NCBI GenBank assembly: GCA_036703905.1
Contig: DATNQR010000718.1
Location: forward strand, 1 to 38,495
Direction: 5' to 3'
Length of the DNA: 38,495 bases
From: Thermosynechococcaceae cyanobacterium
GTDB lineage: Bacteria; Cyanobacteriota; Cyanobacteriia; Leptolyngbyales; Leptolyngbyaceae
Within the stretch, counting starts at the first letter, position 1; each line of letters opens with the position of its first letter. Positions 1 to 8,241 of the stretch are shown here, in pieces. The notes below the pieces were generated by a model. That model saw only the letters and a program-made list of their open reading frames with translations, was not told the origin of the DNA and ran no database searches. Position numbers and translations under genes: made by a program.

Positions 1-16
1 TTTTTAGTGAATGACT

Positions 17-136
17 CTACAAGCGTTGAATTTTGTCTTTTTGGCTGATGAAAATCAGTCCGATAGTGGCAGGAACCAGAATTACCACTGCACCAGCCAC
101 CAGGCTGAGTAGAAAGTTTGTTAAAGATGGAGTCAT
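17..136 (-). CDS. psbX: Photosystem II reaction centre protein X (PsbX), 39 aa
   Basis: Sub-threshold ORF absent from the supplied track. Minus-strand ATG at 134-136, TAG at 17-19. It translates to [39 protein letters not shown]: one TM helix plus the ISQKDKIQR tail typical of cyanobacterial PsbX. Confidence 0.85.
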   Translation of the reverse strand: MTPSLTNFLLSLVAGAVVILVPATIGLIFISQKDKIQRL

Positions 137-369
137 GAATCCCTCTACCTGCTCAACAATTACGACGGTTTGCTCCTCATAATTTTAACGGTCTGTTACG
201 CCCTTGAGAAGTCTATCGTTCAAAAGGATTCTCAGAAGTTGCCAAAAAGGCCGTTCCGACCAAGTTCACAATCGATCTGGAAATCTCGCCCTACGCGGTT
301 CGGTTGAACCACACCGAAAGCCACTAAGATCTAAGAAATGACTTACAATCCGTCCCTACCTACCTGCTT

Positions 370-651
370 ATGACTGCTGACACGATCGCCGCCTGGGTTC
401 TCAATCCTTTGCTGGCAGTGATGACTTTCCTGTTCATCATCCGCATCGTCCTCACTTGGTATCCCCAGATTGACCTGACTCGGTTCCCTTTCAACTTAGT
501 CGCGGCCCCAACTGAACCACTTCTGGCTATTGTCCGTCGCTTTGTTCCCCCGATCGGCGGTGTGGATATTTCTCCGATCATCTGGGTAGCGATCTTCAGC
601 CTAGTGCGTGAAATTCTCCTGGGTCAGCAAGGCCTGCTCACCATGATGTGA
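370..651 (+). CDS. ycf19: YggT/Ycf19 family integral membrane protein
   Basis: 93-aa ORF with ATG start and two hydrophobic segments. Motifs IRIVLTWYPQID and PTEPLL...VPPIGGVDISPI are typical of the YGGT repeat family. Confidence 0.8.
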   Translation: MTADTIAAWVLNPLLAVMTFLFIIRIVLTWYPQIDLTRFPFNLVAAPTEPLLAIVRRFVPPIGGVDISPIIWVAIFSLVREILLGQQGLLTMM

Positions 652-750
652 TGCAGAGGGAGCAGGTGGGTGAGAGGCTAAAAGACTGTCAAATGTAAGG
701 CCCCTATCCCATACTGTAGACAAGATAACCCTTGCATTTTGAGCTTTCCT

Positions 751-1833
751 ATGGCTGCTATTCCCGTCTCGCTGCCGCAGAACTCCTATACCATCACGAT
801 CGTCCCTGGCTGCCTCGATCGGCTGGGCGACGAGATGCAGCGCCTCAACTTGGGCCGATCTGTTCTGCTGGTATCGAATGCAGTGATCTTTCGGAATTAT
901 GGGCGACGGGCGATCGCGGCGCTGGAGCAAGCCGGCTTCACTGTGGCTCAGTGTATTCTGCCTGCCGGAGAACGATACAAAACTGCGGCCACTCTTCAGA
1001 AAATCTACGATGCAGCCCTGGAGAACCGCTTGGAGCGCTCCTCAACCTTTGTGGCCCTGGGGGGCGGCATTGTGGGGGACATGACGGGCTTTGCGGCGGC
1101 AACTTGGCTGCGGGGCGTGAACGTGGTGCAGGTTCCGACCTCGCTTCTGGCAATGGTGGATGCCGCGATCGGGGGCAAAACGGGCATCAATCATCCCAAA
1201 GGCAAAAACCTAATCGGCGCGTTCTACCAACCCAAGCTGGTGCTAATCGATCCCCAGGTTCTCAAAACGCTTCCGGCGCGGGAGTTTCGAGCAGGGATGG
1301 CTGAAGTGATCAAGTACGGTATCATTTGGGATGTCCAGCTATTCGAGCAACTGGAATCTAGCCGTCTGAGCCAGTCTGGACTGACGGAGGAACAGCTACA
1401 AAACATCCTGGAGCGCTCCTGTCAGGCGAAGGCCCATGTTGTTAGCAAAGACGAAAAGGAGTCTGGACTGCGGGCGATTCTCAACTATGGGCACACGATC
1501 GGCCATGCTGTAGAAAGCCTCACTGAATATCGGCTGGTGAATCACGGGGAGGCTGTGGCAATTGGCATGGTTCTCGCGGGGCAGATTGCTGTCGCTCTGG
1601 GACTGTGGGATCAAGTGAGTTGCGATCGCCAGCTTTCCCTGATTCAGAAAGCTGGGCTACCCAGTCGCCTTCCTGATGGGCTAGACATCGAGGAAATCTT
1701 GAACGCGCTTCAATCTGACAAGAAGGTGAAAGCGGGGCAGGTGCGCTTTGTGTTGCCCACCCAAATCGGAGCGGCGATCGTGACTGATCAAGTTCCAGCA
1801 GACACGATTCGGCAGGTGCTGGCGCAAAACTAA
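751..1833 (+). CDS. aroB: 3-dehydroquinate synthase
   Basis: Motifs [46 protein letters not shown] and [12 protein letters not shown] match AroB. The track ORF opens at a TTG (739). I prefer the in-frame ATG at 751 (MAAIPVSL). Confidence 0.9.
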   Translation: MAAIPVSLPQNSYTITIVPGCLDRLGDEMQRLNLGRSVLLVSNAVIFRNYGRRAIAALEQAGFTVAQCILPAGERYKTAATLQKIYDAALENRLERSSTFVALGGGIVGDMTGFAAATWLRGVNVVQVPTSLLAMVDAAIGGKTGINHPKGKNLIGAFYQPKLVLIDPQVLKTLPAREFRAGMAEVIKYGIIWDVQLFEQLESSRLSQSGLTEEQLQNILERSCQAKAHVVSKDEKESGLRAILNYGHTIGHAVESLTEYRLVNHGEAVAIGMVLAGQIAVALGLWDQVSCDRQLSLIQKAGLPSRLPDGLDIEEILNALQSDKKVKAGQVRFVLPTQIGAAIVTDQVPADTIRQVLAQN

Positions 1834-1856
1834 GCGAGAGTATCAGCGAGAGTATT
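1833..1856. repeat. 12-nt tandem duplication (agcgagagtatc / agcgagagtatt)
   Basis: Read directly. It fills the 21-nt gap between the convergent stop codons of aroB (1831-1833) and the cupin gene (1855-1857). Confidence 0.9.
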
Positions 1857-2226
1857 AGTCTTGATCGAACTCCACGCTGTCTCCTGGAGTTGAGGGGAAG
1901 CGCACCGTCAGCACAGTGGACTCAGCTTCTGCCTGCCACCAGTGCGCTGTGCCCGGAAGCCACAGCACATAATCTCCTGGAGTGGCCAGCAGTACTGATC
2001 GATCGCGAAAAAAAGTCCGAAACTGCCCCTGCACCAAGATTGAAATAGTTGTGGCCTGGCGATTGACGGCCCAGCGCGATCGCGTTTCTCCTGCCGCATG
2101 GGTCGTCCACTTAAGCTCCAGAGCCGAAGTCGATCGAGGGTCGTCGGCTGGTCTGAAGAAATGCCCTAAAAACCAGGATTGGTAGGATTGACTATCTGCT
2201 GCTGCGTTGCCTGTGATGATTTGCAT
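1855..2226 (-). CDS. Cupin-fold protein of unknown function
   Basis: About 123 aa and beta-rich, with GDYVLWLPGTAHWW resembling a cupin motif. Start is ambiguous: ATG at 2226 or TTG at 2241. Confidence 0.5.
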   Translation of the reverse strand: MQIITGNAAADSQSYQSWFLGHFFRPADDPRSTSALELKWTTHAAGETRSRWAVNRQATTISILVQGQFRTFFRDRSVLLATPGDYVLWLPGTAHWWQAEAESTVLTVRFPSTPGDSVEFDQD

Positions 2227-2251
2227 CTGGGTTTCCACCAATTCTCAAAAT

Positions 2252-2301
2252 ATCTCAGCCAAAATATCTCAGCCAAAACATCTCAGCCAAAACATCTCAG
2301 C
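2252..2301. repeat. 14-nt tandem repeat, about 3.6 copies (atctcagccaaaa[t/c])
   Basis: Copies at 2252-2265, 2266-2279 and 2280-2293, plus a partial copy at 2294-2301 that overlaps the TGA stop of the TPR gene (2297-2299). A degenerate copy lies at 2241-2251. Confidence 0.9.
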
Positions 2302-2974
2302 GTGAATTTTGCAGCACTAATTTGGAGCGCTGAATCTGGTCAACACTGAACCCTGCCTCATTCAGATAATTCAGAAAAGCGCTGTCCCCGTAGCGACCGT
2401 CCACCGCCAGCGCTTGACGGTAAGCTTGCTGGGCGAGAGGACGATTGCCGTTGCCCCAGTGAGCGATCGCCAAGGCTACAAGAGGATGAGGATTACTAGG
2501 TTCTAGGCTGGCAGCAGTTTGAGCTGTAGAGATCGCCCAATTGTATTGACCCAGACGCTCGAAAGCCAAACTGAGATTGTAGTGGGCCACTTCGTTGTCG
2601 GCTTTGAGAAGAGCTGCCCAGCCGTGGGTGGCGATCGCGGCCGGCAGTCGGTCGCTCACGAGATGCACGATTCCCAGCGCGTTCAAAGTGGGAACCTCAA
2701 ATGGATTTAGAGAAAACGTCTCTTCCAGGGTTCGAGTAGCCTCAAGTTCCTGTCCGGCTCGGTGCTGTGTCCATCCCAACAGTACCCGCCCAGAGATGTT
2801 TTTCGGCTCCAGCGCTACCGCTTGCTTAAGGGCAGAGATCGCCTCTGGGTAACGCTCCTGCTGGCGAAAGCTCAAACCCGTTTGACGCAGTTGCTCTGCC
2901 GTCGCTGCCCAGCCCACTTCCGCGATCGCGCCGCTACTCAGGGCCAAAACTCCCGCAAAAAACAGTTTTCTCAC
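2297..2974 (-). CDS. TPR-repeat protein with N-terminal signal/anchor
   Basis: Repeated TPR-like units (A..AL..A..L.P.N, YNLSLAFERLGQYNWAI, AQQAYRQALAVD). The GTG at 2972-2974 (VRKLFFAGVLALSSGAIA) follows a TAGGAG Shine-Dalgarno-like sequence. It lies 2 nt after the mutM stop. The longer track ORF would overlap mutM by 88 nt. Confidence 0.7.
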   Translation of the reverse strand: MRKLFFAGVLALSSGAIAEVGWAATAEQLRQTGLSFRQQERYPEAISALKQAVALEPKNISGRVLLGWTQHRAGQELEATRTLEETFSLNPFEVPTLNALGIVHLVSDRLPAAIATHGWAALLKADNEVAHYNLSLAFERLGQYNWAISTAQTAASLEPSNPHPLVALAIAHWGNGNRPLAQQAYRQALAVDGRYGDSAFLNYLNEAGFSVDQIQRSKLVLQNSR

Positions 2975-2976
2975 TC

Positions 2977-3813
2977 CTAGCCTTTCTCCTGACAGGTGGG
3001 ACAAAAATGGGCCGATCGACCTGCCAGCTTGCGCCGTTGAATTACCGTCTCGCAAGTCCGGCAAGCCTGCCCGTCCCGTGCATACACCCAGGCTACGTTG
3101 CCGTAGTTACCGTTCACCCCTTCCACGTTGCGAAAGGTGCTGAAGGTTGTGCCACGGGCTGCAATACTGGCTTGCAGCACCTCAACGATATTGTTTTGCA
3201 GGCGGACAATTTGAGCCACAGTCAGATCGATGCCGAGGGTTTCGGGATGAATACCGCTCAGAAACAGCGCTTCGTCAGCGTAGATATTACCTACGCCTGC
3301 CACGATCGCTTGATCCAGGAGCGCGTTCTTGATGGGGCGGCGGCGCTGAAGTTGCTGCCAAAAATAATCTACCGAAAAATCCTCTGAGAACGGTTCGGGC
3401 CCAAGATTTTGCAGCCCAGTGATGACAGTTTCGATCGACTGATCGGGCGGCACGAACCACAGTTGACCGAAGGTACGCTGATCCACAAATCGCAATTCCT
3501 TGCCGCCCTCGAAGAACAACCGGACTCGTGTGTGCTTCTGGAGCGGTGAATCGCGATCGAGCCAGAGCAATTGCCCGGTCATGCGGAGGTGAACGCCAAG
3601 ATGGGAAGACGGGGAAAGGTCAGCTAGCAGGTACTTACCGCGCCTGTGCCATTGCGTGATCCTGCCTCCTTGCAGCCCAGCCAAGAAGCCTTCAACTGAA
3701 ACAGGGTGAGCAATGGTGCGATTAAGCAACACATCGCCACCCTGAATTGTTTGGTGCAGGGTCATTTGATTTAGACCCCGCTTGATAGTTTCGACTTCAG
3801 GCAGTTCGGGCAC
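2977..3813 (-). CDS. mutM: Formamidopyrimidine-DNA glycosylase
   Basis: Canonical N-terminus MPELPEVET, an H2TH region and a C-terminal zinc finger CRTCETVIQRRKLAGRSAHFCPTCQ. Confidence 0.9.
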   Translation of the reverse strand: MPELPEVETIKRGLNQMTLHQTIQGGDVLLNRTIAHPVSVEGFLAGLQGGRITQWHRRGKYLLADLSPSSHLGVHLRMTGQLLWLDRDSPLQKHTRVRLFFEGGKELRFVDQRTFGQLWFVPPDQSIETVITGLQNLGPEPFSEDFSVDYFWQQLQRRRPIKNALLDQAIVAGVGNIYADEALFLSGIHPETLGIDLTVAQIVRLQNNIVEVLQASIAARGTTFSTFRNVEGVNGNYGNVAWVYARDGQACRTCETVIQRRKLAGRSAHFCPTCQEKG

Positions 3814-3866
3814 GATCGACGCTCAACGGTGCTGAATGAATCTCCAGTTTACCGTTTTCAACAGTC

Positions 3867-4244
3867 TTACCGAGCTTCTGTACCCTGGTTAGGATCGCCC
3901 TCGATCAGTCCAGCGCCGCCAGGAGATTCTTCATTCGGGCCGGGCTTTCCGCCCCGACCTACTTCTGCACCGCCGCCTGTTTTCCGGTTGGATTCCTGAA
4001 TAGGGGTTTGTTTGCCACCGGAAGCAGCAGGGGTTGACCCAGCCTTCTTCTTGGGCGGTTCCACTTCCACAACTTCGCTCAGGGCAAAGTTGTTCGTGTT
4101 GACCTGGGCATAGTTGACCTTCTCAAAGCGCACAATGACGTTATATTTAATCCCGCTCTGGTCGATCGTGGCAACAGTGCCCACATCTTGGAACCAGTAA
4201 GACTCTTTGCGAAGGATTCTGACTTTAGAACCACGCTGAACCAT
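3867..4244 (-). CDS. psaE: Photosystem I subunit IV (PsaE) with long low-complexity C-terminal extension
   Basis: Core [61 protein letters not shown] is a clear PsaE SH3-like domain. The ATG at 4244 is preceded by GAGGAAGG. The frame continues for about 64 further G/P/K/E-rich residues. Confidence 0.85.
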   Translation of the reverse strand: MVQRGSKVRILRKESYWFQDVGTVATIDQSGIKYNVIVRFEKVNYAQVNTNNFALSEVVEVEPPKKKAGSTPAASGGKQTPIQESNRKTGGGAEVGRGGKPGPNEESPGGAGLIEGDPNQGTEAR

Positions 4245-4409
4245 GAGTATTCCTTCCTCTTGATTATTAAGCTTCAACTCATACAGCTTTGTCTCCCAAC
4301 TTTACTACGACTGTGGAAGCCTAATGCGGCGGTGGTGCTGAGTCGAAACAATCTGACACAAAAGAAGTCTTCGGTTCAAGCCTCTGTTTCAGACTGCTCC
4401 AGAACTCCC

Positions 4410-5666
4410 TTACTCATAGCTCCGACCCCGCCAGCTTTTCGGCTTTTGGATGGAGGAAAGGAAAATTCGCAAAACAGCCAGGGGATCGGCGATCGGCGAA
4501 AGCCAGAAAGCCCAGGCAGCTTGAGCTTGAGAGCGATCATAAGAAGGGGCGATCGCAAAGTTCAGCCCGACTCGGATCAGCACCAACAGCAAATTGAGAG
4601 CAAAGGCAACCTGACCCGGAAGGCTGGCAGCTCCTTGCAGTACTGAGCCTTGCAGTACCGTGGGCAACAGCAGCAAAGTTAAGGGCAAGGGCAAGCCCTG
4701 AACAGCGAGCAGCAGCAGCCAATCTCCCCAAACCTGGGCAACAGAGGCCGCGTCTTTGAGGTCGAGCGATCGTCCCCACTCACGCCAGGTTTCCGCCATG
4801 CCGTCATACATTCGTACCTTCAGCACCTTTGCACCATCCAGAAAACCAACTTTCGCGCCCTGCGCGGCAATGTTGCGGGCTAGGGTGACATCATCACAGA
4901 ATGAACGCCGAGCGCTGCTGTAGCCGCCGACTGCTGCCAGGGTCGATCGCCGACAGAAGAAGCACTGCCCGTTCGCCATAACGCGATCGGCTGAGTTGGC
5001 AGTCTCGCCGGCTGGCCCGAAGCGATACACAAGGGTCATCAGCAAAGCAGGCTGAAGCCACAATTCCCCCGGATGCTTCAGGATAAACTGCGGTGACAGT
5101 GAAATCAGGTCGTAGCCTTCAGTAGTGGCAGTGGCGATCAGGCTAGAAACCAATCCAGGCTGCGGCTGTGTATCGGCATCAATGCCCAAAATCCACTCAC
5201 TATCCTCAACGCTACTCAAAAAACCATTGTGTAAAGCCCAGGGGCGACCTACCCAATCCGGCGGCAGAGGATCGTCGTTCATCAACCGAAAGCGAGGGTC
5301 GCTCTGTTGGGCGACTTTAACTAGGTCGGGTGTCCCATCCTGGGAGTGGCTGTCCACAACCAGAATTTCCCTCACCTCGTAGCTCTGGCGGCTGAGGCCA
5401 TGCAGGCAGGGAGAGAGACGATCGACCTCGTTTAGGGTTGGCACAACCACACTCACAGCGCCCAAGAATTCCGGCTGGGCAGACTGAGGTTGTAGAGGCG
5501 GATGACGACGCGGCCCCCGCAGGAGCCGGGAAAGCAAGATGGCACTAGCGGGAACTTGTCCCAACAGTAACCCTAGCAGGAGCGCATTTTTCAAAGTACT
5601 CCAGGCTGGAGCAGTGTCCAGCGCTGCTAGAAGCGGCCCCAGATGATTGAGTACGATCAATTTCAA
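4410..5666 (-). CDS. cruG: Family-2 glycosyltransferase, CruG-like (myxol 2'-O-glycosyltransferase candidate)
   Basis: GT2 core VSVVVPTLNE...ILVVDSHSQDGT...GIDADT, flanked by N- and C-terminal TM segments. It lies 39 nt downstream of a CruF-like gene, the cruF-cruG arrangement described in Synechococcus PCC 7002. Confidence 0.6.
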   Translation of the reverse strand: MKLIVLNHLGPLLAALDTAPAWSTLKNALLLGLLLGQVPASAILLSRLLRGPRRHPPLQPQSAQPEFLGAVSVVVPTLNEVDRLSPCLHGLSRQSYEVREILVVDSHSQDGTPDLVKVAQQSDPRFRLMNDDPLPPDWVGRPWALHNGFLSSVEDSEWILGIDADTQPQPGLVSSLIATATTEGYDLISLSPQFILKHPGELWLQPALLMTLVYRFGPAGETANSADRVMANGQCFFCRRSTLAAVGGYSSARRSFCDDVTLARNIAAQGAKVGFLDGAKVLKVRMYDGMAETWREWGRSLDLKDAASVAQVWGDWLLLLAVQGLPLPLTLLLLPTVLQGSVLQGAASLPGQVAFALNLLLVLIRVGLNFAIAPSYDRSQAQAAWAFWLSPIADPLAVLRIFLSSIQKPKSWRGRSYE

Positions 5667-5705
5667 TATCGGTGTAGAGGAGCGAAGCGAAACAGTGCAG
5701 TCAAG

Positions 5706-6635
5706 CTATTTAGGCAATACTGCCGTGGGAATGATAGAAACCTCTGTGGCTTGGTGCGCTTCTTCCAGAGTCGATCGCACTTCATCTACGCTGGGAGCGG
5801 CAATCCACCACAGGACGATCGCTGGAACTACGCCTAGAGCAATGCTGATGCTGGTGGGAATCCAGTAGCGTACATCCAGGGAGGTGACAGTAATGATTGC
5901 ACCGAAGGCAAAGTTGGTTAGGTAGATAATCAACGGAACCCAAAGCTGGGAGCGAGTTAGCTTGGTGTAAGTGTTGCGCCACAGCAGGGCCGCTACAGAC
6001 ATGAACACCGCCCCTGTACCCAGCCAACCGGTCAGGTTGCGGTAGGGCATTCCAAAAAATTCCCCCGCATCCTGAAATTCCCAAAAAGGGTAAGCAGTCT
6101 GGCTCATGGCGGGGTCTAGGACAAAATCCCAGGCGGTGAGCATGATGGCTCCGAGGACGATCGCGCCCCCCTGTTTCATCCAGCCATTCACGCCCTTTGC
6201 TTCTAGTCCTGCCCGTGCCAGCACATAGGTAGACAGTCCCAGATAAAACCAAGAGAGGGGAATGGTGAAGGGAACCAGCCCAGCAATCTTGTAGCCCAAG
6301 CCACTCAGGTAGCCGTAGTGACCAAAGGGAAATCCCGTGCTGGTTCCCAACAACTCACTCCCAGCAGACAAGATCACGGCGGGCAGCATAAAACCCAGCC
6401 AGTTTCGCAGTCCCAGAGTCCGGTAGGCATAGATGGCCATCACGATCGCGCCTAGAACAATGTAAACCACGCCACCGCCCGACATGCTCAGACCGAAAGC
6501 AGCTTGCCCGATCGGAGGCAGCGCGGCAATAAAAGATGGGTTTGGCAACACCAGCAGCAACCCTGCCAGCCCAAACACTAGAGATGAAACATGACCAACT
6601 AAACAGAAGCGCTCGACAGTAATCAACTGCTTCAT
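5706..6635 (-). CDS. cruF: Carotenoid biosynthesis membrane protein, CruF-like (carotenoid 1',2'-hydratase/hydroxylase family, DUF422)
   Basis: 309-aa polytopic membrane protein. Motifs GFPFGHYGY, TAWDFVLDPAMSQ and YPFWEF are recalled from the DUF422/CruF family. Adjacent to the GT2 gene. Confidence 0.6.
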   Translation of the reverse strand: MKQLITVERFCLVGHVSSLVFGLAGLLLVLPNPSFIAALPPIGQAAFGLSMSGGGVVYIVLGAIVMAIYAYRTLGLRNWLGFMLPAVILSAGSELLGTSTGFPFGHYGYLSGLGYKIAGLVPFTIPLSWFYLGLSTYVLARAGLEAKGVNGWMKQGGAIVLGAIMLTAWDFVLDPAMSQTAYPFWEFQDAGEFFGMPYRNLTGWLGTGAVFMSVAALLWRNTYTKLTRSQLWVPLIIYLTNFAFGAIITVTSLDVRYWIPTSISIALGVVPAIVLWWIAAPSVDEVRSTLEEAHQATEVSIIPTAVLPK

Positions 6636-6752
6636 GGGGACTCCTCAAAAATGGGCGCTGAAAAATGCCTGCATACAGTTTACAAACGTTAAGAAAAAAC
6701 CGTAAGCATTCCAGTAATTTTTGAAGGAGTCGAAGAGTCCAGGACTTGAGAC

Positions 6753-6781
6753 AAAAAATCGGGGCGCACAGTGTACGCCCC
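6753..6781 (-). terminator. Rho-independent terminator (minus strand)
   Basis: The minus-strand RNA reads GGGGCGUACACUGUGCGCCCC followed by GAUUUUUUG. GC-rich stem at 6761-6766/6776-6781, U-tract at 6753-6758. It lies 183 nt downstream of the purQ stop. Confidence 0.7.
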
Positions 6782-6963
6782 ACAGGTCTCACATCATCAC
6801 AAAGACACACCTTCAAAACTTCGCAGGTCAGAGGCCTTTAGGAAATTACTGTCAGTGTTCTTACTCAGAAGCTACCACGGAGCTGTAGGGAAAGCAAGAG
6901 CGAGGCAGGCGGTGGGAGGATGTATTCCCCTCTACTCCTCTACCTTATGAATCATCTCGCCGA

Positions 6964-7674
6964 TCACCTGGCCAGTGCCTCGACCCCTACTTTTGCCAAC
7001 AGCCCTTCAAAAAGTAGTCGCCCGTCTGTTTTGCCCAGAGCCGGATCGGCTGCTCGTTCTGGGTGCGGCATCATGCCCAGAACATTTCCTTGACGGTTAC
7101 AGATCCCGGCGATGTTTTGAAGTGAACCGTTGGGGTTTGCGGCCGCACTCACTTCACCCTGAGAAGTACAGTAGCGGAAGAGAATTTGCTGGTTGGCTTC
7201 GAGGCTCTCCAGGGTGTCGGCATCGGCGTAGTAGCTTCCTTCTCCATGGGCGATCGGCAAGGTAATTACGGAGTCCTGATATTTCTGTGTCCAGGGCAAA
7301 TCTGAGCGATCGATCTTCAGGAAAACTCGATCGCAGATGAAATGCATTTCCCGGTTGCGAACCAGCGCTCCTTGCAATAGGCCTGCTTCAGTCAGGATTT
7401 GGAAGCCATTACAAATGCCAAGAACGTATTTTCCCTGCTTGGCATGGTCGATCGTGGCTTGCAGTGCTGGGGAGAAACGGGCGATCGCGCCGCAGCGCAA
7501 ATAATCCCCGTAGCTAAAACCACCGGGAACCACCACCACGTCCACATCGGTTAAATCACGCTCTGTGTGCCAGATCATTCGAGTGGGCTGTTGGAGTAGC
7601 CCTTGAGTTACCCAAGCCACATCGCGATCGCAGTTCGATCCAGGAAATACGATAATTCCAAATCTGACAGCCAT
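6964..7674 (-). CDS. purQ: Phosphoribosylformylglycinamidine synthase, glutaminase subunit
   Basis: MAVRFGIIVFPGSNCDRD, catalytic-Cys motif LGICNGFQIL, and MMPHPERA. Start taken at the ATG at 7674. The 44-codon upstream extension in the track has no PurQ counterpart. Confidence 0.9.
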   Translation of the reverse strand: MAVRFGIIVFPGSNCDRDVAWVTQGLLQQPTRMIWHTERDLTDVDVVVVPGGFSYGDYLRCGAIARFSPALQATIDHAKQGKYVLGICNGFQILTEAGLLQGALVRNREMHFICDRVFLKIDRSDLPWTQKYQDSVITLPIAHGEGSYYADADTLESLEANQQILFRYCTSQGEVSAAANPNGSLQNIAGICNRQGNVLGMMPHPERAADPALGKTDGRLLFEGLLAKVGVEALAR

Positions 7675-7978
7675 CTTCGCCCTCGTTTCTCTGCTTATTG
7701 CCATGATCGCACAGGATTTGTTCAACTGACTTTGAGGCCTGCCAGCTCTGAACCTGCCGTGTATAGCCATAGCCTCATAGGTTTGACGGATGTGTGGTGG
7801 TTCCATTCCTGCACACCCGTCAAACCTAATGTCCTAAGTTGTCTGTTATGTCTACTCAGACGCTTCAACGTGATCCAAATCACATCCAAGCCCCTTAAAG
7901 ATCACACTTAGGAATGATTTCAGTCAGGCGATCGGTATAGCTAATCACTGATACTGAGAAAGTCCCAGCCTGCATAGG

Positions 7979-8239
7979 ATGCTGTATATGATCGATGATC
8001 TGGTTCAGTCTGCTTTTCAAACGGGTTGTTTGAGTGTGGAGTCGGAAGGCCTGATTCGCCAAATTTTAGCAACGAGCAGTTGCAAACCCTCTGATGTAGA
8101 GGCACTGCGGCATCTTTGTGAGGCTGTGGAAACTGGAAAAATTCGGCGAGAAGCTCACCAGAAAGTTCAAATGCCTTCACTTGCCACTATCCGAGACGGC
8201 CTGGGCCAGCCGGTTCGGGAGAGAGCTTCAGCTTATTAG
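7979..8239 (+). CDS. Small hypothetical protein (86 aa)
   Basis: ORF only, no family recognised. I prefer it to the overlapping antisense 79-aa ORF because its sequence looks more protein-like (amphipathic helices, no Cys/Pro/Ser-rich runs). Confidence 0.35.
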   Translation: MLYMIDDLVQSAFQTGCLSVESEGLIRQILATSSCKPSDVEALRHLCEAVETGKIRREAHQKVQMPSLATIRDGLGQPVRERASAY

Positions 8240-8241
8240 GC

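Noticed and set aside
2252-2301. Could the short tandem arrays (here and at 18809-18976) be a degenerate CRISPR?
   Set aside because: The units are contiguous with no spacers, are only 11-23 nt long with 2-4 copies, and no cas genes are present.
4360-4385. GGTTCAAGCC resembling a tRNA T-loop.
   Set aside because: The flanking bases cannot form a T-stem. No acceptor, D or anticodon arms could be built. It lies in the psaE-cruG intergenic spacer (4245-4409). No tRNA was found anywhere in the window.
4188-4646. 152-aa plus-strand ORF bridging psaE and cruG.
   Set aside because: It is antisense to the 5' end of psaE and the 3' end of cruG, both well supported, and has no motifs.
6355-6816. 153-aa minus-strand ORF spanning the cruF start and the upstream spacer.
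   Set aside because: It runs through the intrinsic terminator at 6753-6781 and overlaps cruF out of frame. It is Cys/Arg-rich with no family resemblance.
7941-8180. 79-aa minus-strand ORF overlapping the 86-aa plus-strand ORF.
   Set aside because: At most one of the two can be real. The minus-strand product is Pro/His/Cys/Ser-rich and less protein-like. Neither has strong support, and the plus-strand call is kept only at low confidence.
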